Positions 28,004-36,981 of a stretch of 64,000 nucleotides of DNA are shown one piece after another. The notes under the pieces are model-generated. The model made no database searches. It was not told where the DNA came from and was given only the letters and a program-made list of their open reading frames with translations. Where the stretch lies: positions 124,001 through 188,000 of the IMG/VR virus record IMGVR_UViG_3300004463_000226; one strand, written 5' to 3'. A program made the translations under genes and the position numbers. How positions within the stretch are numbered: the stretch's first letter is position 1; each line of letters begins with the position of its first letter.

Positions 28004-29455
28004 ATGACAAAAGATGTAATTAATGTTAAACATTCATCAATCGTAATACCTAATTATAATCTAGGTGATTGTGAGAAACTTGAGAATATGCTGTCAGTAT
28101 GGGATGATATTTATTATAAAATGGATAATATAGGATTCCATTACAATGAAGAAAAAAGAGAATTACTTTTGCCTAGAGGATTAGAATTAGGGCATTTAGA
28201 AAGTTATTTTAGAAGACCTTTACAATTTGATCGTAATGCTGACGAATCTGATCCAGCATCATATAAGTTAAAGGTTGAACCTAGAAGCGATATACAAAGA
28301 AAATCAATCTCATTTTTATTAGGCGAGGGTGATTTCGCTTATACTAAACAACACACCCAATTGACTTTAAACCTTGATACAGGTGACGGTAAGACGTACT
28401 GTGTCATTGCTGCTTTAACCTTTATGAGAACAAAATCAATGATTATTTCCCATACAGATAATATTAAGAATCAGTGGAAAGAATCAATAATAAAGATGAC
28501 TAATATTGATGAAAAGTTTATCTTTAACATTGATGGAAGTTCCACTATAAAGAAGTTAATGAAGTTAGAGAAACTTCCATATAAGATTTATTTAGTAAAT
28601 CATGGAACGATTCGTAGCTATGGTAAGAAACATGGTTGGGATAAAGTAACTGAGTTATTCAAGAAATTAAGAATAGGTGTTAAAGTATTTGATGAAGCAC
28701 ATCTGGAATTTGAGAATCTAATGAAAACGGATCTTCATACAAATACAAAGAAAACTATTTATCTTACAGCCAACTTTGAACGTTCTGAGCATAAACAGAA
28801 TCGTGTATTTAATCTTTGCTTTAAGAATATAGCTAAATATGGCGTAGAGACAAAGAAAGAGAAACGTAAACATATTGTCTACGTTCCTGTATTCTTTGAC
28901 TCAAAACCTACATTAGAAGATAGAGCTAATATGAGGGGAAGAAAGGGTTGGTTCGATAAGAATAAGTATAGTGATTATCTAATAGGTAAACAAATATTCT
29001 TTGATGTCCTTAAGTGGTTGGTTGACTTCTTTAACGATAAAGAAGGAAGAATGTTAATCATGGTATCTAAGATAAATGCTACTGAAGCCGTCCGTGATTA
29101 CCTAACTCATGTTATAGATAATAAAACTATAGGAGTATATAATTCACAAGTAAGCGATGAAGTTAAATCCAAAGTACTACATATGGATATTATCTCATCT
29201 ACTCCTAAGTCAATGGGAACTGGTACAGATATTCCTAAACTTAGATTCTCTATTAACGCTGAACCATATACATCATCTATATCAGCTAATCAATTCTCTG
29301 GTCGCTTAAGGGAATATGGTGAAGATGAATTCACATTCTATTTAGAATTAATAGATAGAGGATTTCCTGATGTTGTCAATATGTATAAGAAACGTTTTCC
29401 TAAATTTAAAAAGAAGTGTCATAGTATTAAAGAATTGACTTATAAGGCGGAATGA
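28004..29455 (+). CDS. superfamily 2 DNA helicase (UvsW-like)
   Basis: LDTGDGKT, FDEAH, LTAN, QFSGRLRE motifs. Confidence 0.88.
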   Translation: MTKDVINVKHSSIVIPNYNLGDCEKLENMLSVWDDIYYKMDNIGFHYNEEKRELLLPRGLELGHLESYFRRPLQFDRNADESDPASYKLKVEPRSDIQRKSISFLLGEGDFAYTKQHTQLTLNLDTGDGKTYCVIAALTFMRTKSMIISHTDNIKNQWKESIIKMTNIDEKFIFNIDGSSTIKKLMKLEKLPYKIYLVNHGTIRSYGKKHGWDKVTELFKKLRIGVKVFDEAHLEFENLMKTDLHTNTKKTIYLTANFERSEHKQNRVFNLCFKNIAKYGVETKKEKRKHIVYVPVFFDSKPTLEDRANMRGRKGWFDKNKYSDYLIGKQIFFDVLKWLVDFFNDKEGRMLIMVSKINATEAVRDYLTHVIDNKTIGVYNSQVSDEVKSKVLHMDIISSTPKSMGTGTDIPKLRFSINAEPYTSSISANQFSGRLREYGEDEFTFYLELIDRGFPDVVNMYKKRFPKFKKKCHSIKELTYKAE

Positions 29456-29829
29456 TAACAATGAATATACAGTATGTTATAGATCTTATACTAGAGAAAT
29501 CTATCTTAACAAAGTATAAAACTGATTTTAAACATCTCGATGGAATCAATCAGGTAGGCATTGCCACATTGTTGAATAATAATATTTATTCATATGATTT
29601 CTTGGTCAATCTTGTCACAAAAGGAATACAATGCTTTGAATTTAGGAAGCGTTCTAGTATACCTTATCTAATAGACGGACACATTACAGTATCAGTATAC
29701 TTATATACACAAGATGATAAATTCATAATAAAACCATTGGAATTATGGGAAGGTAATAAGGGTTATGAATTTAAAACAGAAGAAGAATTAATTTCTATAT
29801 TGACAGAACTAGAATTATTAAAACTGTAA
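29452..29829 (+). CDS. hypothetical protein
   Basis: ATGA-coupled ORF. Confidence 0.7.
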   Translation: MITMNIQYVIDLILEKSILTKYKTDFKHLDGINQVGIATLLNNNIYSYDFLVNLVTKGIQCFEFRKRSSIPYLIDGHITVSVYLYTQDDKFIIKPLELWEGNKGYEFKTEEELISILTELELLKL

Positions 29830-29842
29830 ATGGAGGATTATC

Positions 29843-30196
29843 ATGGGAAAACATAAAAAGAAAAAGTTGACTAAGTTAGCTCTTTTAAAATGTGAAAAGG
29901 ATATGATTATTAGCGGCAGAAACGCAGATGGTTCTCCTGATACTTGTTTCCATAAGGATACAAGTTATTTATTTGTCGTTGATGAAAAGAAAGAAGAAAT
30001 GTTTATCGTGAATGAAACAGGAGAAGTCCATTTCATGGATGCTCCTGATAGTAATGATGAATTAGTTTCAGAATTTGAGGCTGAGTACTTTAATGTAGTT
30101 AAAGTAGGTAAACCATCAGAGTTTGATCTTGATGAATTCACTTTAATGAAGTTAGAGAAGCTTTATAAAGAAAGATATGAATATTCAGAAGATTAA
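29843..30196 (+). CDS. hypothetical protein
   Basis: ORF with SD GGAGG. Confidence 0.7.
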   Translation: MGKHKKKKLTKLALLKCEKDMIISGRNADGSPDTCFHKDTSYLFVVDEKKEEMFIVNETGEVHFMDAPDSNDELVSEFEAEYFNVVKVGKPSEFDLDEFTLMKLEKLYKERYEYSED

Positions 30197-30277
30197 TTAA
30201 ATTTAATTAAGCATATAACATATAAGTAATTGCACGGATATTATCCCCTTAATACCCAGCATCGAAATTCGAAACAT

Positions 30278-30312
30278 TATATCCATAGATACGAAAAGTA
30301 TCTATGGATATA
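30278..30312. terminator. bidirectional terminator
   Basis: tatatccatagatac-gaaaa-gtatctatggatata + T-tract. Confidence 0.8.
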
Positions 30313-30320
30313 TTTTTTTG

Positions 30321-31046
30321 TCAAATAATGATGAATTGGTCAGCTTCCATATGGTAAACATCGCGCCATTTATCTAATAGTGCTTCACGATCATCTTTAG
30401 CACTCGACCAATCATCTATATGAAGATTAATAGTTCCATGTGCTGTTTGTAAAGAATCGTAATGTTTTAACACACCATATAAAAATTGCTTAATGTCTAA
30501 TATAGCAAGCTGTTCAAAACTTTGCCATGCTGTATTAGGTATGGATGAGAAATTATCAAAATGCTCTAATGCAAATTCAATTGATAACTGATTAGCCATG
30601 GTTGTCATATTATATAAATACAGTAAATTCGGTTCAACAAATTTAAATGTGAACGAAGGAACTGCTGTAGATAATAAGTTAGCACCAGCTTGAGCCATCA
30701 TTAGTGAATCATACATATCAAGAGATTCATCCATAATAGGATTTAAGATACCATTACCTAATAGCTTGTTTTGTTGTGTTACTTTTCTAATGTAAAGGAT
30801 TTTTCTATCACCAAATACATTAGGGATTTCATAAATAGATTCATTATAATGAGACTTTAAACATTTGAACTCATTAAGATTCAAATCAAGTTTCATTACA
30901 TGAGGATAAAATTGACTATATGTTTTAAGAGTTTTTATCTTAAGAACATCCATCAACGTTTTATTTTCATCTTCAAACGGTAGAGCAATACCATAAATTC
31001 CCAAGTCCATTTTAAGAGCAGTAAGAAATTCACTAACATTATACAT
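30321..31046 (-). CDS. probable virion neck/head-completion protein
   Basis: Co-transcribed with the prohead protease under a late motif; function by position and size only. Confidence 0.4.
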   Translation of the reverse strand: MYNVSEFLTALKMDLGIYGIALPFEDENKTLMDVLKIKTLKTYSQFYPHVMKLDLNLNEFKCLKSHYNESIYEIPNVFGDRKILYIRKVTQQNKLLGNGILNPIMDESLDMYDSLMMAQAGANLLSTAVPSFTFKFVEPNLLYLYNMTTMANQLSIEFALEHFDNFSSIPNTAWQSFEQLAILDIKQFLYGVLKHYDSLQTAHGTINLHIDDWSSAKDDREALLDKWRDVYHMEADQFIII

Positions 31047-31058
31047 ACTGTCCCTCCC

Positions 31059-31895
31059 TTAGAATCTTCCCATATAACGACGAACTTCATGCTTAATAAC
31101 ATCCTCTATTTTAACAGCATATTTTTTGTTAGCACCCTCTGTCAGGATAACATGACTTAAGTCAGAAGATAAAGTCATTGTTTGAGTACTAACTTCACAA
31201 ATATTAGAAACCAACTTAACGTTAGCCGATTCCATTTTAATAAAGTCTGCTATTTGAGCCTCTGTAACTGGAACTAGAGCTGATTCGGTAACAGTATTAC
31301 CATCAGCTTTAACAGACTGCATAATCTTTTGAATTGGCTTAGATTGATCACGATATGCAGTATTGTGGCTAGGTAGAATAACCCAGTCATAGGTAACAAT
31401 ATGACATTTGGAACGCATTAATGAACTTCCATCTGCTTGTTTAATTAATGATGCTAATGCACGTAAACTAAATGCAGGCTCCATTCCTTGCAGAATATTC
31501 TTTGTCATCTTTGTTCCATATCCACCATCATCAAGGGTCTCAACTTCACCTTTTAAGAAGTTTCCTTCAACTCTAAAGTTGTTAATACGATGCGATGTTA
31601 ATTTTGGATCAATTGTTAAGATACGAGCAACATCTGTTGAATGTGGGTGTCCAGCCTCACCTTGCCAAGTATTTTTTTGGATTAATTCTTGGATATGAGG
31701 TGCCTGAAGTGACTCAGCCATTGGACCACCAGCATAGTTACGCTTATTACGGTTTTGCTTATTAAACTCTTGAAGCACTGTGTCAAATTTGACATAGAAC
31801 AGACCTTGTTTATCATAGACTTGTAAGTTCTGTGGTTTAACAGGATCTGTCGTAGCCTCCATTATTAGATAAGCAGCTACTTCATTTTTTTGCAT
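31059..31895 (-). CDS. prohead core protease (T4 gp21-like)
   Basis: NRNKRNY, GEAGHP, SHRI, G.EPAFSLR, TYDWVILPSH. Confidence 0.88.
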   Translation of the reverse strand: MQKNEVAAYLIMEATTDPVKPQNLQVYDKQGLFYVKFDTVLQEFNKQNRNKRNYAGGPMAESLQAPHIQELIQKNTWQGEAGHPHSTDVARILTIDPKLTSHRINNFRVEGNFLKGEVETLDDGGYGTKMTKNILQGMEPAFSLRALASLIKQADGSSLMRSKCHIVTYDWVILPSHNTAYRDQSKPIQKIMQSVKADGNTVTESALVPVTEAQIADFIKMESANVKLVSNICEVSTQTMTLSSDLSHVILTEGANKKYAVKIEDVIKHEVRRYMGRF

Positions 31896-31925
31896 GTTCT
31901 CAACTCCTTATGACACTAATTTATT

Positions 31926-31964
31926 TAATCTATTGTTGTTTTTTTGGTCTACAACAAATATTTA
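31926..31964. promoter_or_regulatory. divergent pair of putative late promoters
   Basis: Minus AACAATAGATTA (31926-31937), plus AACAAATATTTA (31953-31964). Confidence 0.7.
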
Positions 31965-31989
31965 AATAAATTTGCAAAGGATGTGACAT

Positions 31990-33210
31990 ATGATGATACT
32001 TGGAGGAATACATGGTCGTAAGACTATTCCAGTTCAGAAAGAGAAATCTATCCAGGAAATGTTTCAAACATTACAGGAGAATTATACTCCAGTAAATGTT
32101 ATCAAGTATGTAGATTTTCTTAAAAGTAAACCTATTGAAGAAGTTCTAGAAAATTCTAAGTTTATATTTGTCGAACCTACAATGGGAGCACAGTTCTTAT
32201 TAGAGTCTATTCAAAAGGCATCAGATGATAATATTTCTTTATTAGGAGATGTATATAATGCTCAATTAGATTATATAACTAAAGCTATTTCAGAAAATTA
32301 TTCTAATGAAGAACATTTTAAAGTTGTAAGTGAATCGTTTGATGTTCTTAAGAACAGACTAATGTCTTTTGATATTAAAGATGATACTATTCGTATACTA
32401 AAGGAACAGATAGAACAGCTTGATATTGTTATTGAACAAACCATTGTTAGTGAGCATATTGGTTCTATGGTTCCTACAGTTGGTTATGGTGAAGGATCTG
32501 CACCTACATCACTGCTAAAACAACGTACAGAATTGGAATTTGCTACGATGTTTACTGAGACATTCATGTGTGAAGGTGAAATCCGTTTAGAAAATTTCAA
32601 TGAACTACTTAGAACAGCTTATCGTTATGATAAGTTAGTTGAGCAAGAAGAAATATTGACAGAAGGTATTAGTGATGCAGTTCGTAAAGTTGCTGTAGGA
32701 GCAAATAAAGCTGCTCATAAAGCTACTAGTGGATTGCGTAGAAATATGGATAATAACCATCGTACTTCTGTCGCTGTTCAAAAGATACCTGCCCACTTTG
32801 AACGTCTTATTGATAATACATTAGGACGTATTCAACGTATGGACCAAGCAGAGCGTCGTAAACGTATTATTGAAGGTGGATTTAAACCTAAGTTATTGAG
32901 AATATTACGTGATGCTATCCTTATTGGTGTTGCATGGAAGATCAAGCCCGCAATAGCAATCGTTGGTATACTTGCTAAGATAGCTTTCGATGCTAAGGTG
33001 GATAATGATGCACGTAATGGCATAGTTGATGATCTTGAACTAGAGTTAAAGATGACTAAAGAGAAAATCAAAGATGCTGAGCATAAGAATGATAACAAAA
33101 AGAAATATCAACTTATGCGTTTACAGAATGCTCTAGAGCGTGATATTCGTCGTATTCGTCTTCGCCAAGGCGGAGAAAGATTATCCAACAAAGGAGTGAC
33201 TAAACAATGA
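31990..33210 (+). CDS. virion structural (head) protein
   Basis: Late motif, head module, multiple hydrophobic-x-E sites, basic C-half. Confidence 0.6.
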   Translation: MMILGGIHGRKTIPVQKEKSIQEMFQTLQENYTPVNVIKYVDFLKSKPIEEVLENSKFIFVEPTMGAQFLLESIQKASDDNISLLGDVYNAQLDYITKAISENYSNEEHFKVVSESFDVLKNRLMSFDIKDDTIRILKEQIEQLDIVIEQTIVSEHIGSMVPTVGYGEGSAPTSLLKQRTELEFATMFTETFMCEGEIRLENFNELLRTAYRYDKLVEQEEILTEGISDAVRKVAVGANKAAHKATSGLRRNMDNNHRTSVAVQKIPAHFERLIDNTLGRIQRMDQAERRKRIIEGGFKPKLLRILRDAILIGVAWKIKPAIAIVGILAKIAFDAKVDNDARNGIVDDLELELKMTKEKIKDAEHKNDNKKKYQLMRLQNALERDIRRIRLRQGGERLSNKGVTKQ

Positions 33211-33869
33211 GAGACTTTTTAGATATCATATTGGAAGCGCCGACTCCAGATAAGAAATCTAAAGACGACTCTTCCGATAAAACAAAAGCAACAGACTATA
33301 CATCAGATGATGGGAGTGGTAGTGACGATGAAACAACTGCCACTGATTACACTGATGATCCAGATCTACAAGATGATGATTCAGATTCTGATAGCGGAGA
33401 TGACTCGGACGATGCGGGAGATGGAGATGGTGATACATCTCCTACTGACTATACAGAGCAAGATGATGAATCCGACCCTTCTACAGATGGTTCCGATGCG
33501 GATGGTTCTACTGATGGTGACACGGACGATACAACTGATGATACTGGTACAGATGAGACTGAGCAGGACCCTACTGAAGCTGAAAATAATCGGATTCTTT
33601 TAGATGACTTTGCCAACTTCTTTCATCTGATTAAAAACACATTATCTAAGCTATCTAATATTGATAAGTCGAACATTTTAATTAATAAGATAGCAACACA
33701 AATCACAACAAATCTAAATGTATTGAAGAAACAAATATTTGACTACATTACATTTAGTTTTCCGAAAGGAAAGTATGTGGCTAATTTGTATAAATACAAT
33801 TATTTTTTAGAAGCATTCAAGATTAATGTCGAAATGTTGAAAAAAATAAGTGTTTTCATACCTAATTAG
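33207..33869 (+). CDS. acidic head/scaffold-like protein with three TDYT repeats
   Basis: D/T/S/G-rich linker plus helical C-domain, directly before capsid gene. Confidence 0.55.
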   Translation: MRDFLDIILEAPTPDKKSKDDSSDKTKATDYTSDDGSGSDDETTATDYTDDPDLQDDDSDSDSGDDSDDAGDGDGDTSPTDYTEQDDESDPSTDGSDADGSTDGDTDDTTDDTGTDETEQDPTEAENNRILLDDFANFFHLIKNTLSKLSNIDKSNILINKIATQITTNLNVLKKQIFDYITFSFPKGKYVANLYKYNYFLEAFKINVEMLKKISVFIPN

Positions 33870-33872
33870 CAA

Positions 33873-33884
33873 AACAATTAATTA
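33873..33884 (+). promoter_or_regulatory. putative late promoter
   Basis: AACAATTAATTA ahead of capsid gene. Confidence 0.7.
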
Positions 33885-33913
33885 AAAAAATTATAGGAAG
33901 GGTGTGTACTCGA

Positions 33914-35620
33914 ATGTACGATTACCTAGAAGAACAGCAACAATCCAACGTTGTAGGTTCGTTCATTACTGACAGAAACGTTGACTTTAAAGACAATGTT
34001 AAAGCTATGCTTGAGAGTTTCCGTGGAGCTTATTCTATGGATGCTGTTGATGATTTAGTTAAGGTCTTAAAAGTTGACACTTTAAAAGAAGATTACAAAG
34101 AGCGCCTGATGGGTGATGTATTACAAGAGAGCATGGAAGATCCATACCTTGCATTAATGCCTGGCAAATTAGAGCAGCTTTTTGAAAATACTTCTTTAGA
34201 GATTGTTAAAGAGTCCTCTGTAGGGCAGCTTGCTCCTATCGTTGGTTTATCTTTACCAATCTTGAAAAAGAACTACTTGGAGTGTCACTCTAAGGATATC
34301 GTTATGACTGAGGTTCCTTCTAAGCCTATCGTTAAGATTGCGTTTGAGCGTAAATTCTTGAAAGATAAAGCTGGAAATAAACATTATATTCCAGAAATCT
34401 TCTACAATGATGACTATCGCCAAATTCTTGACATGGCTAAAGGAAAACCTATTAGTAACGCTTGGTATCCAACATCTGGCACATTACCAATGCAAGATCT
34501 AAACATTCTTCAATTATCTGGCGGCACAATGGAAACTCGCGACAGTCTTGCTTATGACTTCGTTATCCAAGCTGTTAAAATTGAAGTAACTGGTGCAGGC
34601 GGTCCTGAAATCAAAACAATTTCTGGATTATCTATTGCTCCTGATATGGCTGCTAACGGTGCATTTACTTACCGTGTTAAAGCTGAAAATAATGATGGTA
34701 GCGGCACTTTCGTAGAGGAAGTTTTAACTGGACAAGTTGACTTCTACTATGGTAAAGTTAGCGTTGCATCTACAGGCACAAAAATTAAACAAGTTCAATT
34801 CGGCGGACATCTATCCAACGAAAACAACTTGGAAACGATCGAACTAGATCGTGAACGCGAACAACGCGAGTGGAAAATTCCAGATGGTCACAGAATCAAT
34901 ACAGGTTTGACTATCGAAAAAATCAAGGACTATAAAGCTCTATTCAATCTTGATGTTACTACTGAAGTTATCGCTGATATCTCTCAAGTATTAACTCATA
35001 CTGAAGACGGCGACATTATGGCATTCCTTGACAAATCTTTCAACACTTGGAAAGGTCGCAAAGATCTTCCATTCGGCTACAGCGATGGATTCGTAGAAAG
35101 CTACCAATTCTCTGCACAGCCGCCAATCAATACTTATGTTACTACATCTGCATGGATCCAAACTGAGTTAAAGTTCAACTTAAACCGTGAGCTTGATACT
35201 TTGAAAGAGAAGTTAAAAACTCAGGATATCATGTTCGTAGTATATGGCAACCCTGCCAACATCACATTGATCCAAGAAGATGTAAAATGGATCATTGACG
35301 AGGATACAAAAATCGGCGGCATCCAACTTGACTACAAGTTTGGTGTAATGACTGCCAATAAAAACCGCGTACACGTAGTATCTTCTATGAAGGTAGCTCG
35401 TGACAAAGGTATTCGTATCGTAGCGTTCCCTCTTTCTAAAGAGGTAATCACATTCAAGCATCTTAAATACAGCTTGAACATTGAGAACGTTTACCGTAAC
35501 CCAATGACTCCGCTTATCCCGAACGTAATGGGTACATCCCGTTACTTAACAACTGAAGTGTTGCCAGTACAAGGTGAGTTCATCATCACTAACAACACAT
35601 TCGGTCGTCAAACACTTTAA
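33914..35620 (+). CDS. major capsid protein precursor
   Basis: 568 aa, own late motif, high-expression codon bias (cgt/gct/ttc/aac), acidic propeptide, triple 3' hairpins, position near protease and terminase. Confidence 0.8.
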   Translation: MYDYLEEQQQSNVVGSFITDRNVDFKDNVKAMLESFRGAYSMDAVDDLVKVLKVDTLKEDYKERLMGDVLQESMEDPYLALMPGKLEQLFENTSLEIVKESSVGQLAPIVGLSLPILKKNYLECHSKDIVMTEVPSKPIVKIAFERKFLKDKAGNKHYIPEIFYNDDYRQILDMAKGKPISNAWYPTSGTLPMQDLNILQLSGGTMETRDSLAYDFVIQAVKIEVTGAGGPEIKTISGLSIAPDMAANGAFTYRVKAENNDGSGTFVEEVLTGQVDFYYGKVSVASTGTKIKQVQFGGHLSNENNLETIELDREREQREWKIPDGHRINTGLTIEKIKDYKALFNLDVTTEVIADISQVLTHTEDGDIMAFLDKSFNTWKGRKDLPFGYSDGFVESYQFSAQPPINTYVTTSAWIQTELKFNLNRELDTLKEKLKTQDIMFVVYGNPANITLIQEDVKWIIDEDTKIGGIQLDYKFGVMTANKNRVHVVSSMKVARDKGIRIVAFPLSKEVITFKHLKYSLNIENVYRNPMTPLIPNVMGTSRYLTTEVLPVQGEFIITNNTFGRQTL

Positions 35621-35670
35621 TAGGATAGCGGCAGCCGCATAACCGATCTAAGATTGGTATAAACAACTAC

Positions 35671-35705
35671 AAACGACAACTCTTAGATAATAAGAGTTGT
35701 CGTTT
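35671..35705 (+). terminator. terminator after capsid gene
   Basis: aaacgacaactctta-gataa-taagagttgtcgttt. Confidence 0.8.
35678..35689 (+). promoter_or_regulatory. putative variant promoter inside a hairpin
   Basis: AACTCTTAGATA ahead of zincin-terL operon. Confidence 0.45.
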
Positions 35706-35735
35706 TAATATTTCTTATAGAAAGGAAGACTATGG

Positions 35736-36971
35736 ATGACTGTAATTACTAAAAGTCCAGATATGATATTAATGGAACAAATGTTCACCAACATTAAGTC
35801 TGGTAAAGATGTTGACATTAGCTTAAGAACTATTGAACGGGTTCTAGCACGTAACTTTGGTTTAGAGTTCAATATAACTTTGATTGATAACAAGACGAAG
35901 AATTTCTTTGGTATGAGTGTATATCCTAGTAGAAATTTAATTGATACTATGGTAGATCAAATCATTAATAAGAAAGCTCATTCTGATGTTATTGAGAAGT
36001 TATGGTCTGAAAATAAGAAATGGTATCTTGAAATTGATAGTATACTTGTTAACGACCCTTCATTAAATGCAAATCCAGCTGAAATGGTTGCTGTGTTATT
36101 GCATGAGGTTGGTCATGTAACTCAATCTAATAGAATCCCTTCTCGGATTCATAAAGTATTGAGATATGAAATAATGCAGTTATCATTATCTATGAAGAAA
36201 TTAATTAAATGGAAAAAGTGTCAAATTCTTTTTGACTTAATCTTCGCTGAGGCATGTGGATCTAAAAACTTCAGTTTACATCGTGAAATTGAAGCTGATA
36301 AATTCGCTGCTAAATTTGGCTATGGTGAGAATCTTCGTCAGTTTATTGAGAAGCTATTAACTACTCAAGGTAACTCGATGATTGATCGTAGTGAGACAGA
36401 TATGGAAAAAGATGTTAAAGCAATTGTTACATGGACATTTGTTAATATCAGTGAGCTTGAATATCGTAAGACTAAATTACGTGAAATGCTTCAGACTGAA
36501 ATTTTACAGAGTCCTAGTAAATATATCCGTAATCTTGTATTCAATATTAAAACTGTATTCTTCGGTGGCAGTGACGAAAACAGTTATAAGGAAATTATCA
36601 ATGAACAGTATCTTGTTCAACAGCACCAATCTATTGTCAAAGAGGGTCTACTCGACTTATTTGATAAATACGGTAAATTGAAAAAGATCACTCAGAGTGA
36701 TATTGATATCATTCAAATAGAGAAAGACCGTATCTCAAATGAAGATGATAAAATCTATGTATTAGATCTTATCTATGACAAACTGGATCAAATCAATGCA
36801 GGCTTACAACTCATTGATCAAAATAAAAAGGACAAAGTCGTAGTATCTAAAGATAGACTCAATGGATACAAAACACAACTAGAGAAACTTCGTAAAGAAG
36901 TGTTGGCAACTAAGATTAAGGAAAAACAGTACGGCTTATTCGTCCAATATCCTGTAGGATATGAAGGGTAG
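35736..36971 (+). CDS. late protein with zincin (HExxH) metallopeptidase-like motif
   Basis: VLLHEVGHV and EIEADKFAAKFGYG. Confidence 0.65.
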   Translation: MTVITKSPDMILMEQMFTNIKSGKDVDISLRTIERVLARNFGLEFNITLIDNKTKNFFGMSVYPSRNLIDTMVDQIINKKAHSDVIEKLWSENKKWYLEIDSILVNDPSLNANPAEMVAVLLHEVGHVTQSNRIPSRIHKVLRYEIMQLSLSMKKLIKWKKCQILFDLIFAEACGSKNFSLHREIEADKFAAKFGYGENLRQFIEKLLTTQGNSMIDRSETDMEKDVKAIVTWTFVNISELEYRKTKLREMLQTEILQSPSKYIRNLVFNIKTVFFGGSDENSYKEIINEQYLVQQHQSIVKEGLLDLFDKYGKLKKITQSDIDIIQIEKDRISNEDDKIYVLDLIYDKLDQINAGLQLIDQNKKDKVVVSKDRLNGYKTQLEKLRKEVLATKIKEKQYGLFVQYPVGYEG

Positions 36972-36981
36972 GTAATCGAAT

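Noticed and set aside
33303-33570. Nucleotide tandem repeat in the acidic gene
   Set aside because: gat/gac richness reflects Asp codons; no periodic DNA unit
35621-35670. Structured ncRNA after the capsid gene (gcgg-cag-ccgc and accgatc..gattggt hairpins)
   Set aside because: Short stems ahead of the terminator; most simply a stabilising 3' UTR
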